Positions 52,440 through 64,000 of a DNA stretch of 64,000 nucleotides are shown here, one piece after another; the first letter of the stretch is position 1; every line of letters starts with the position of its first letter. The notes under the pieces were generated by a model. That model did no database searches, was not told where the DNA came from, and saw nothing but the letters and a program-made list of their open reading frames with translations. Origin of the DNA: Octopus sinensis (lineage: Eukaryota); contig NC_043008.1 of assembly GCF_006345805.1 (NCBI RefSeq), positions 46,128,001 to 46,192,000 of the forward strand. The letters run 5' to 3'. The position numbers were made by a program, and so were the translations under genes.

Positions 52440-54120
52440 AAGGTCGCGTTTTTTTTTTGCGCTCTGTAAAATTCGGTTAAAAAAGAAAAAAGAACAAAAA
52501 GTGAATTGTGGTTGCGGAATTGGAACGTCGTTTGGTGCGGTTTCGCGTCGCACTGGTTCTGTGCGTCACACGTTTTCTGTTAGGGAGGCCGTTTTCGGTC
52601 TGAGGCGACTATGAGCCGCCTCTACCAAACGGATGAGATGGAAGGGAGAAATTTCTCTGAAAATTCGTCGACATCTGAGGAGGAGTTGGCGGTGAAAAAA
52701 ATGGAAAGCACCTACGCAGGTATAACGAAGAAGTCAACAGAAAAATAGATAGACCTGGCTAAGTTGACGGACTTCCAGGAGTTCATGAAGGAGGAGGAGA
52801 ACGGAGAGGTTGAGCTGTTGCCTCTAGCAGGGCGCGGAGACTGGTTCCATCGTAGAACCATTAAATATAAAGTATTTATGAATGGAGGTAGAAAAATGGA
52901 AGTGTTTAACATGGAAGCAATTGAAGAGGCTTTCAAACAGACAGGAGAAGAAATTGTGTACATGACAAAAGGATTAGAATATGGAACCATAACGGTACAA
53001 TTTAAAAGTGAGAAAGCAGCCAGGAATATAGCAGCCAAGGTGGTGAGTACAGAAAAGTTTTACTTGTTCCCCTCGTATTTGAATATAAGGACCACCAGAA
53101 TTAGGGTGGAAGGAATACCTCCACACCTAGAGGGCGAATTAATAACGGCTGCGGTTATCAAAGGAAATGAAGATAAAGTGGACATCCTCCACGCCATTAT
53201 GAAATATGAAGGCGTGAGAGGTGCTACACTAGTGATGAACATTCAGACGGAGGCGGAAGTTATAGAAAAGCTTACGGACAGTATAAAAACTGGAAATATT
53301 ATTATGAGAGTGTGGGTGGAGGGTAGGGCGCCCAGGTGCTACAAGTGTGGCCTGAGGGGTCACATAAGAGCCTACTGCCCTCCCCCACCAAAGGGAAAAG
53401 AAAAGGAAATCGTCGCGGAAGCCCCAAAAGAGGAAGAAACCAAAGAGAACCAAACGGAAAAAGAAACGACAGAAGAAGAGGAGATGCAACAAGAGTGGGA
53501 ATAAGGAAGAAAAAAGAGAAAAAGAAAGAAAAAGAAAAACTGTGCGAAGCCCCAACCCACCCCAACACCACCCGCACCCTCTGAATACCCCCCTCCCCCT
53601 GCAGACAGTGAACCCACCCGCTCCCCTCCAACAAGAAAACAAAAGAAAAATAATAATACATACAGACAAGTGTTTGAAAACGAACCCAGGCCGAACATTT
53701 ATATTGTGACTGAACAGAAAGAGGTTGAAAGGGTAATGGAGGAGTATGAATGGTATGAAATGGATGGGACCAGATATGCAGCGCTGGAAAAGAAGAATAT
53801 AGATGAGTTTGTGTTGAGGTGTGAAAGGGAGAATTGGGAGGTGAAAGATACAAGAATGAGCGATGATTCGTGGAATATATGGAGGACAGTTTCGGAGTAA
53901 GAATGGATATGGATGGTCTTCGTATTGGGAATGAACATTCAGGTGACAGTGAAAACAAAAGGACAGATAAGTGATGCTGGCGGAGGGGGCCGTTAGCATC
54001 GCTTTCATATTATCATTTTTTCATTTTCATTTGCTCATAAATTTAATCATATTGTTCTATGTCCCCCATGTTTTGTTATGTCCGCCATTCTTCGTAGCCC
54101 CTGGTGGGTAATAAAGAAAT
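52440..54120 (+). mobile_element. ORF1-only L1/Tx1-like element (HAL1-like or ORF2-deleted)
   Basis: CpG-rich 5' UTR, ORF1, short spacer, 3' tail ending TAGCCCCTGGTGGGTAATAAAGAAATA. Confidence 0.6.
52611..53900 (+). pseudogene. Gag-like ORF1 (RRM-like region + CCHC knuckle), ~430 codons, two in-frame stops
   Basis: One frame from ATG 52611 to TAA 53898-53900 with stops at 52746 and 53502; STYA, TRIRVEGIPP, CYKCGLRGHIRAYC, then acidic, K-rich and P-rich tracts. Confidence 0.8.
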
Positions 54121-54440
54121 AACATGGAGGAAAGCACCTTCGAAAAGTGTCTTGGTGCGACTATGAAAGATATCTAATCAGAGGCGGTAAATTCGCCACA
54201 ATAGAAGCAAGGTTCGAGTCAACGGAGCGTGCAAGGGAGTACTCGACTCGAACTTGCAAAGTGGAAATATTTTATTTCTACCTTAATATCTGGGACGTAG
54301 GACGTCCCGGAAAAAAAAACTTTAAAATGCCATCCCCCCAGAAGTAGAGGTAGGCTGGATTGTAGCCACACTTCTATACAAGAGGGAGGACAAAATACAA
54401 TTGATCGAAATTACAAGAGACGGGCTAACAATTCCAGTCT
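54121..54440 (+). pseudogene. Fragment of a diverged paralogous ORF1
   Basis: FATIEARFESTERAR..FYFY and PPEVEVGWIVATLL..EDKIQLI align to YGTITVQFKSEKAAR..FYLF and PPHLEGELITAAVI..EDKVDIL. Confidence 0.55.
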
Positions 54441-54768
54441 GTTATATATTTTGAGTATTGTTATCACTAGCGATATCAAGATATAACTTTGTATATTGTA
54501 ATTTATGTGTAGATGTATATATATAGATGTACATGTAATATGTACACATATATATACACATATATATACATGCACTAGAACTATGACCCGGCAACGACGG
54601 GTTTTTAATGCTAGTATATATATACAAGTTTGAAAACGCCACTGTATGATAAATTTTAATTTTCTGAGAAATTTTACACTTTCAGTTCTTCATGAAAAAA
54701 CGAGCGTTATCAAAAAAATATAGTTCTAAAAGTTAAATGTAATAAAAGTTCATAATTGTTTCTTACTA

Positions 54769-54996
54769 GAGGCGCAATGGCCTAGTGGTTAGGGCAGCGG
54801 ACTCGCGGTCGCAGGATCGCGGTTTCGATTCTCAGACTGGGCGTTGTGTGTGTTTATTGAGCGAAAACACCTAAAAAGCTCTACGAGGCTCCGGCAGGGG
54901 GTGGTGATTCCTGCTGTACTCTTTCACCACAATGGCGGTGCCCCAGCATGGCCACAGCTCAAGAGCTGAAACTGGAAAAACAAACAAACAAACAAA
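54769..54996 (+). mobile_element. SINE family A head with CR1-type tail and (CAAA)n
   Basis: Head as at 1271; tail 54933-54977 matches LINE end 12050-12092. Confidence 0.8.
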
Positions 54997-56297
54997 CTAG
55001 TATCAACAAATTAAACTTTGCATAATAATTTCCTGTTAATTTATGTTCTAAACACCAGCTTAATAAGTTATTTTACTAAATTCTTCGTTACTTTTCAAAT
55101 TAAGGTGAAGTGCTTTTCAAGAGAAATATAACAAAAATAAGGGTTTAATTAAAATTCTGTAAAACATCTTAAATTTCAAAACAAAACAAAATAATTGTGT
55201 GTGTAAGTATGTATACATACTATAATCTTAAAGAAATCTGCCTACTTAGGAAAGTTGATAACTAGTGGCTCAACATATAACTATATAGTGTCTTGTGTCA
55301 TTTTTATGTTACTACACAGCAGCACGTATTGTCCTTGAGTATGACAATTTCACATTGCACCAGTCCACTCAGCTGGCAAAAGTGAGTATTACGTGTATTT
55401 TAAAGGGCCGGCTTTGTCAAATACTGTCACACTGAATCTCCCTGTGGCTATGTTAATTTCATCAGCAGGTTGTTCTGTTGATCAGATTAACTGGGACCCT
55501 TGTTGTTGTAGCCAATGAAGTGCCAGTCTTTTTATTTGTTTGTTTCATTGACATGATAACAATAGCCAGATCTGGGCTATTATCTTCCCCGGTACTAATG
55601 AAAGCAACATCTCTAACATAAGATATCGTGTGTGTGCTGTGTGATCTCTTGTAGCATACTGCTCTTTCTGTCTATAGAAATCACATTTTAGATCACTAAT
55701 TCTGTTTTGTTTCAAGTCTTATTTAATGAGAATGATAACAATTCTTTCATAACATTCTGGATGTGGTTTTCTAACTGTTCAATTCTTTTCCCCAAATGTT
55801 GTCGTCCATTACTGCTATGGCTTCCTCTTTGGAATTCGTTAAGTTATTGATCTAGAATAATGTGACTGTTGCTACTTGATTGTCTTTTTGGATTCCACTT
55901 CTGTTTTGTTATAGAGACATTCAACTTTCTGATAACTACAACAGTTTGTGTGTATGTGTATTTCTTTCGTTATATATGTGGAAACAAATGGTTTAATGGT
56001 TAGGGTATTTGGCTCATGGTCGTAGGTTCAATTCCTCATGTTATGTTGTGTCCTTGAGTAAGACTCTTTTTTCACGTTGACAAGGATCGTTGGGTATAAT
56101 ATTGAAAGTCACTATTACAGCCAACGATTCTAGTCAATGCACAAGACAGCCATTATGTTCCCACACATAAAACGCTTCCACGTGGACTCTGTTGAGACTA
56201 GTAAGAAACAATTATGAACTTTTCTTTTATTACACTTAACTTTTAAAAATATATGTTTTTGATAACGTTCGTTTTTCAAGAAGAACCGAAGCATGTA

Positions 56298-56397
56298 NNN
56301 NNNNNNNNNNNNNNNNNNNNNNNNNNNNNNNNNNNNNNNNNNNNNNNNNNNNNNNNNNNNNNNNNNNNNNNNNNNNNNNNNNNNNNNNNNNNNNNNN
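56298..56397. other. Assembly gap (100 N)
   Basis: Run of N. Confidence 1.
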
Positions 56398-57269
56398 ATA
56401 TATATTTATATATATGTATATATATGTATGTATATTTATATATATATATGTATATATATGTATATAATATATATATATATATGTATATATATTGTAGCAA
56501 TAACCATTTTAGCCATTTTGAAATGTGGCGCGAATTGGCAATATGACGTAATGTCGTATTGCCGAAGAATTATCATTTTCGTTTTTTCCCATTGGTTATT
56601 ATAACTGCTCATATAAAGATTCTAGAAGTTTCGAAAATAATATTTGTCAGGGATTTCGATTCTTTTTAAGTCAAGTTGAGCAGTTATAAAAACCCTGGAT
56701 TTTGGAAAATATTTCAGTGTTCGTTGGTTGTCACATAACTCCACGTCACTCACTCTTTTGGAGACATCGGTAATTTTTATGCCATGTCTAAGTTAATCAC
56801 AAATCTATTTTGATTTGCTGGTTAATGTATTAGATAGAAAGAAGAAATTATCTAAGGAATTTATAGTCGTTTTTCTTCACGACAAAGTTATCTTTCTTAC
56901 TGTAAATAATATAAAATTTTATAATTATATAATAAAAAATAATTAAAAAGAAAATGTTTCTCTTCACGTTTGTTTTTCAACTGAGCATAGATAAATATGC
57001 ATTTCTGTAATCTTTGATTTAGGTTTCTTATAGAGGTTTAAAGGACACGATTAAAATATTCAACATACATGTCATTAATATAGCGTTCCATGCGTATATG
57101 TCTCTATGACATTATAACTGTAGTTAGGGTTTTTAGGTATAATGATAACACTTGAGTATAAGTGACGCTGAATCATTATATTCTCCCTTACTCAGAGAAA
57201 AGACAAAATAAATAATATAACCTAAGAGAAAGCTTAAGGTAGAATAACCGAAAACCGCCGTAGGAAAAT

Positions 57270-57298
57270 ATGTATATATATATATATGTGTATACATG

Positions 57299-57338
<40 letters not shown>

Positions 57339-57786
57339 ATAGAATATGTGTATATATATATATATATATATGTTATCATATGGGTATATATGTATATATA
57401 TATATATATTAATACATATGTGATATATGTATATATATGTATATACATATGTGTATATATGTATATATATATATATATATGTATATACATATGTGTAGAT
57501 ATGTATATATATATATATATATGTATATACATATGTGTATATATGTATATATATATATATGTATAATATGTGTATATATGTATATATATATATATATATG
57601 TATATACATATGTGTATATATGTATATATATATATATATATGTATATACATATGTGTATATATGTATATATATATATATATATGATAACCTATGTGTATA
57701 TATGCTATATATATATATATATAATATATATATATATATACATATGTGTATATATGTATATATCTATGTATATACATATGTGTATA

Positions 57787-57815
<29 letters not shown>
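57270..57815. repeat. Compound TA/TG minisatellite (~40-bp units)
   Basis: Repeated ATATGTGTATATATGTA(TA)nTGTATATAC. Confidence 0.85.
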
Positions 57816-57819
<4 letters not shown>

Positions 57820-58105
57820 ACCATCGCCGCCCCATTGTTTCCGCCTGGAATTAACCCACCGAATTCATTTCAAAATACCTTCACTGTACCCTTTAGTTGC
57901 TGCCCTTCCATCGCACATACACGACACCAATCACGGCTTTCGCCTTTTAAATTATTTTCCTTCCCTCCCGGCCCTCACACATACTCTTCACCTTGACCGT
58001 CTCTTAGCCCTCCAATTCTTCCTCGACCACCCAACACCCAGCACCTCCACCCTTCGTCTGGCAGAGCTCGTATTCACCCTCAACTGCCTTATGTTTGCCG
58101 GAGAG
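57816..58105 (+). pseudogene. Decayed PLE RT fragment (different family from the 3814-10765 element)
   Basis: [52 protein letters not shown]; abuts (TA)n. Confidence 0.7.
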
Positions 58106-60748
58106 AGAGAGATATGAAGTAAAGATTGCGATAAAAGTGTGAGGCAGCGAGCAACACAGATACTAACTGAAACAATTAGGAATCGAAAATATATTTCTAT
58201 ATTCAGTTTCGCGTTTAGTAAATCGATTAGACCTGTAGAGAGGAATATATTACACTACATATTGCATAGTATTGAAACTTGCAGCAAAAAAAAATAGACA
58301 AGAAGAGGGAGCGAGAGAGAGAGAGAGACAAAGTTTGGGAGTCTCACTCTAGTTACATATAAAAAAAAAATATGGTAACATATTATCTACTTCAGACTTT
58401 CAGAAATAACGAAACTTAAGAAAGGCGTTTTGAATATCACAATACATAAATAAAAGAGCGTGATAGCATAGTGTCCAATTGACGAGGGATATAACAAAAC
58501 ATTTATAGAAAAGCAAATGGCTATTAAAATTCAAAGATGTTCTCCACTGAATTAAAGGAAAGAATGGTGACATTTAAAAGATAATCCAGTTGGAATACAT
58601 CAAAAACTACTGAATAAAAAAAAGTACTATTAAATTGCATCTTTTGGAAACATTTACGTTCTCTTGTGTAACGTCAAACTGACTGGCCTGCTCAATGCAA
58701 GCCGATATTGGTCTGATTTATATATGTTGGAACCACCCATAGACAGGAAGGATATTATATTTTATCGCTAAAGTCGTATCAAAGAGAATTGCAATTAAAT
58801 AGAATCTTATTGATGTTAAAACGTGTCGCTCTTATCTCGGTGCTGCATTCTTATTCACAAATTCTTTTCGATGGGATGCATTGCATCATCCAAGCTTGTA
58901 GTCTTCTACATATGCACTTCAGATGTCCCCCTTTAGGATTGTGTTTATTTCTAATGAGGATAAACTCTCTCGCATTAATATACTTTTTACTGATAGCTTG
59001 TTAGAAATGTGTCGTGTGAAATAGAAACGATTATTTCGAATTCTAAAGCGCCTCGTTTCACGTACAAATGTTCTTTTATTTTCCATTGACGCGTAATGTT
59101 CCTAATATCTTAGGAGCTAAAGTATAAATATTTCGGATTAGTTACTGGGAAGTAAACAGTATTGAATCTTATCTTTATATCATAATTTCTTACTGCTGCG
59201 ATTATTTGTATATATATATCTAGAAATCATTCGGTATTCCCATCACTATCGTGTAGTATAGCTTAAATAATGCGTATATATGTTGGGTTTATTACGAAAC
59301 AGAGACGAGTATCAGGCAGTCACGAGGTATTTACTTTTCTCTGGAAATGGATTTTCTCTGTATTCCGAGGACCTTATTTCATTAGTTCGTATAGGTATTC
59401 GTTAGAAAAGGCCCCATTTACTTTGTTGCTTTTATCCGAAATTCCTCATTGGTGGCCCAGCTTCTATTGTACTCGAGCACTCATTGTTAAGTTTATTTGT
59501 GTGAAGTTAGCATTATAGTGATAGTAGTTTCTGAATTCTTATCAATATCGTCTCACCTGAAGTTCGTCGTCTACGTAGCTTAAACTTCTCTCTTCTCTGG
59601 CTCACCGGTTCTGTTCTGGGACACTCGTAGCTGCATAGAAGTTTACCCTTTCCTTTGTTTGTGATCAGTTATTTTGTTTTAATGTATTCCTATTGTTTAT
59701 TTTCATATCTTTACGCCTTCACATATTTGTTGTTATCCTCTGCAAATATCCTTAAAGATTTTCCCTAATTTTCTTGTTGATTCGTTGAGTGGTTGAAGTA
59801 TGATATTTGTTTTTCAGAAACTCCATATATTTCTTTGGTGTTTAGTCGTTTCAAATGACTATATTTGACTCTCCATCGTACATTTTTTCTTGGCAAAGCG
59901 ACTCATTCGATCGAGAATTATATTTATTCCTCATCTATACTTTTGCATAATTCTATATTTCCTGTTTTGGTTGACTGGCATAAACGATTGCCATCTCCCG
60001 TCACTCTTTTCTCTCCATAAATGGCACTATTCGTTCATTTATGTTTAAGCAACCTAATTTACAGACAGCAAGTTTTATTGACACAACAATGGGTTTATTT
60101 CGAATTCTATTCGATATAGGTTGATATCCGTTTGAAATAGGATTCCGTCACTTTAAATGCCTGTCCCGTTGCCGTTATTCATAACTTAGCATTGCCTTCT
60201 ATCAGCTGGTAGTAGGTTTTGTTACTCTTTCTGCGATTTGGGATGCTAGATTTATTTTTCTTTATTTCACTTACATTCTGCAGAAGCCTTATTATTTATT
60301 GTGTATCATTAGAAATGCAATACATTTTCTAAGCATATCCTTTCAAACAGTTTACTCATTGCTCCTATGTCTTATGTTAACCGACTGAAAGCGTGCCTGT
60401 GTGCAGTATGTGGTTGTAGTTGAGGGAAAAGCAAATAGAAACAGGAAGTATATTCTCGATGCCAGTAGTTTTATGTTGCAGAAATGATTCTCAGAGGAGA
60501 AAATTACTAATACTTTTCGAAAACATGTTTGTCAGTATGTACGTACATATGTACGAATGTATGGATGCATGTTATATATGTATATATGATTGCATGCTTT
60601 ATGTATATATGAATGTACGTACACATATATGTGTGTGTACCTGTTTGTATACATGTATGTATGTAGGTATGAATGTATGTAAACGCATATATGTGTGTGT
60701 ATATTTTTGTATACATATATGTATGTATGTATGTTGGTATGTATGTAT

Positions 60749-61398
60749 GTCAGGTCACTTTCGAGTGCTACTGGTAACATTTAACCCAGTATAACCTGTT
60801 GCACGGTCGGGCAGTCGGCGACTAAACCGGCAACCCCACCAAGCTTGCTTGGTGCGGAGGGTGTTTATTAGACACCCATCGGGATGAAAAACAAAACCCG
60901 TGAAAGGGCGGAGGAACTCTTGAGAGTCAACGGCCATCCAATAAATGTCTTAAGGCTGTATCATGCGCGGGGACATAGAAATAATCGGATTGAATACCCG
61001 ATCGTGCGGTTAAACCATTGGGAGTGAAGGACTCCTCGCCTTTGTTAGGGCATCCTTCTAAGAAAAGGTAACTCAGGTAACTGGGATAACTCCGACATAA
61101 AACCTGCGGCTCAATGGTTACCGATGATGTTGACTTGTTCTTCTTTTTGGATTATCGCTGCTGTTGCTTAGTGAGTGGGATTGACTCAGTGCACAGCCTT
61201 TCCTCCCTTTAAAAAAGTCTTCCTGCACAGGCATTGCACGATAACAACATTGTTCATGATTGTTGATAGTACTGTGAGTCTCAACTGAATGGCTGGCTGT
61301 AGCCTTAAAAAGCAAATAAAAGTCACATTCGATCACAACACCAATAACAGTTAAGCTTCGTGCAATGGCCATACTCGATAACGAGGGGGCAGCCATCA
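60749..61398 (+). repeat. ~650-bp unclassified repeat embedded in (TATG)n
   Basis: (TATG)n on both sides; 5' part is homologous to 26995-27290. Confidence 0.5.
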
Positions 61399-61599
61399 TG
61401 TATGTATGTATGTAGGTAGGTAGGTAGCTATGTATGTAGGCATGTGATGTATGTATGTAAATGCATCTGGTTCAAACGTATATGTGTTACTGTTGTTGTC
61501 GGAACAGTATTCTCTTGTCACCGCATTTAGCCATGCATTAAGGTTGAAATCCCATTTGTCGCTCCAGGCTTTCAACCCGAATGATTCAAAATTCTCTGG

Positions 61600-62330
61600 A
61601 GAGGGAGCTTTCGTAGCTGTAACATTTTCCTTCCTAATCTCCCTCTACAATGCTTGTGAATTAGTAGTTGCGATTCATACAACTCAAAACTTCGCCTGCG
61701 CTACCGAAGCTTTCCTCCCAGTGCAAGAGTTTCGTGAGAAGAGTCCTCATAGGGTTTGTTAATTTATTCGTAAATTCTAATTGGTGATGTGTAAACTCAT
61801 TATTCGTCTTACATCTTATTAGCGTGGTTAACCATCCAATAATAGCAGCGTAGAATGTCGTTGTTTTCTGCAAACGCTGTTTTCCATCGGGGGGGGGGTT
61901 GCTTAGTAGTTTCATTCCCATATATACTTCAGATTTCTTATAAGTGTTCTTTAATAGTAGTAGCAGCTGTGTATATGAGAATATCAGTATTCCACTAATC
62001 AACGCCTTATGGTTCCCTGTGTTCTCCAACCATATCAACCATACCTCTCTACACTAGAGCTGGCTGCTAAATCTTTTCTTAACCTTGTTGTAACGATAGT
62101 TTCGGAAAGAAAAATTCTTTCTATGAACTGGGGTTTCAAGATGCTTTTATTCTGAGTATGGGTGTCTCTGTTTACTCAGTCATATTTGGAGAAAGACGAG
62201 AATTTGTTTATGATGGCAACGGTTTCCTTATTTTCCATTTCTGTTCCACATATTTTATGTATGTATAACGTTATTCAGTGTATTTCAAGATTTTTTGCCA
62301 ATAAAGAACCGGCTTCTAACCTAGATCCCA
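61600..62330 (-). pseudogene. Heavily decayed LINE RT (L1/Tx1-like)
   Basis: GRF.IG..NVI, FSKYD*VNR, LKNTYKKSEV..KLLSNP..GKQ, FYAAIIGWLTTLIR loosely follow RT motif order. Confidence 0.35.
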
Positions 62331-62451
62331 GGCTCCTTCATTAGAACTTCAACATCTTTTTTTATGTATGTATAACTGTGCAGATCTGTTTGTTTTATAT
62401 ATGCATTCTCGTGCATATAGTTACATATCTAGACATGCTCATATATATTTA

Positions 62452-62960
62452 AATGATCAACGCCTGGAATGTTTCACAGATTTTTACAGTTCCAGTGATG
62501 GATTGGATCTGTAGTCTTCGAATTAGCTTTCTCCTTTCTGGTTTTGAGAAGCTTAATTTCTCAAGATTGGTATATAGGCAGTGTGTTACATATCCCAGAG
62601 TCCCAGTAATTACACGTATAAATCTGAACTTGTAATCTGGATAGAGTAACTGCAGATTTCTCAACAGTTCAGCATAGGCGTTCTCTTTTTCACTGATCTT
62701 CATGTTTATGCTAGCATCCTCTGGGCAGCTAATTTCCACAGCTATGCACAGTTTATCTTCTCTATCTCAAATCATTATATCAGGTCTGTTATGCTTACAT
62801 TTTGTTGAGGTCTTCACTGGTACATTCCATCAGAATTCCTTTTCATTATGAGTGGCTATGGCTTCTACCATATTGTGGTCCTTATTTTTTGTTTTCGTGT
62901 GGATTATCCTGTTCATTCATTCTCTTTATAAAGGACGGCAGAAATAGTGATCCGTTCATA
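62452..62960 (-). mobile_element. 3' fragment of an REL-type (R4/NeSL-like) LINE
   Basis: EF*WNVPVKT..KHNRPDIMI*D..VEISCP.D..K..EK...Y..L...YPDY.F....I.GTLG. Confidence 0.75.
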
Positions 62961-64000
62961 TTGCGAATGGTAGGTAGTATGGTAGTTAACGAACTAAAAC
63001 TGAAAAAATCATAGAATTCCAAATGATGTCAGAAACTTTATTGTAAAAATGTCATAGAATTAGTTAGCCATTATTTATTAACTCATCTTTCTAATTATGT
63101 ATCACAGTACTTTGGTCACTGAAAATAAAAAATAAAAAGATTAAAAGGACATCATTTAAAATTAGCGAAATGAGTCAACGAAATTAAACATTACAGTCAA
63201 ACTCATGCAATTGTCACTCGCTTCTTTTACATAATATGTTGTGTTGACTTGTTTATGTGACGACCCTACATTGTCCTTGCCTCAATTCAATTCTGATCAA
63301 GCTTACTTTTGACATGGTATTACCGGTATGATCAATTCTACTTGAGATGTGTTGGAATAGAAATCTAAATTTTTCGCACATTATATAAAATAGTAGCAGG
63401 TGCTACGAGGTATCACTTTTACTTGAAGTAATTCAAGTTATTATTTTGCATCTTCGTTGAAGTGTTATTATATCAGAACTTTCTGTAATATCACCTGCTG
63501 AGAGAGATATAACTGTTTTCGTTGTAACTTTACGGTTTGCAAAATAATGCAATACCCCAAAGGAAACCTAATCCTAAAATAATTGTTTAATTCCTCATGC
63601 ACAATTGTTGATTCTTAGATTTACAATGTAAATAAATTTTGTTAGAACTTTGTTTATTTTAAGTGATTACTTCTGCTTGAAGAGAAGTTTTAATTATCCA
63701 TAAATATGTTGAAATTTTGAAGAATTCCTTCAGGAAATCGATGAATTTCTAATTTTGAAAAATCAAAGTAGCAAAGACAAATGTGGAATTTCAAATTATT
63801 TAGCTAAGCATCAATGCTCTGTTTGTATATAATTTCTATGGAAATAGAAATGTCAAGTGCCTTTAACTAATATCAACTTGAGCGTGTTGACGTATCGTTT
63901 CACATTCCATTGTCCTGTGTAATTTATATATTTACACGCAACCTCTATATTTATCGCGAAACAACATATTCTCAGCAGCATTTTTGTGTTCGAGATATAC

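Larger units (their letters stand above)
51931..54614 (+). mobile_element. Probable non-autonomous Helitron with retroelement cargo or insertion
   Basis: A|TC 5' end (TCTTTATATATATAAAACTGAGAATGTCTG); 3' hairpin ACCCG-GCAACGA-CGGGT (54586-54602) followed 8 nt later by CTAG|T. Confidence 0.55.

Noticed and set aside
52712-54008. Long minus-strand and alternate-frame ORFs over the ORF1 region (e.g. 53229-54008, 53302-53958)
   Set aside because: They are antisense shadows of a purine-rich coding strand and contain no motifs.
57210-57268. Degenerate HHR-like motif (CTAAGAGA...CCGAAAACCG)
   Set aside because: The core and helix II are broken; not supportable from a single copy.
57270-57815. CRISPR-like array
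   Set aside because: Units are degenerate TA/TG repeats without unique spacers, in a eukaryotic context. No CRISPR array was seen anywhere in the window.

Overview
AT-rich, microsatellite-saturated eukaryotic DNA with no recognisable intact host gene. The repeat landscape most resembles an octopus/cephalopod genome (my inference, not verified). It contains a ~7-kb Penelope-like element (PLE; RT + C-terminal GIY-YIG; inverted pLTR + partial tandem) inserted in (TA)n, Tc1 (DD34E) and maT (DD37D) remnants, CR1-, RTE-, R4/Dong- and L1/Tx1-like LINE fragments, several tRNA-derived SINE families, a probable non-autonomous Helitron, and one 100-N gap. Most notable are hammerhead ribozyme (HHR) motifs in four different small-element contexts, all sitting in microsatellites: (i) a complete type I HHR inside a young 441-bp element with 131-bp terminal inverted repeats, (ii) a minimal HHR in what appears to be a tRNA-headed SINE split by a Dong-like LINE, (iii) a U4C-variant minimal HHR in a ~180-bp (TA)n-embedded element present twice, and (iv) a CUGAUGCG-variant HHR in the PLE pLTRs. 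An ORF1-only Tx1/L1-like element whose 3' tail matches a SINE family lies between canonical Helitron termini. All calls were made by eye; boundaries of decayed elements are approximate.
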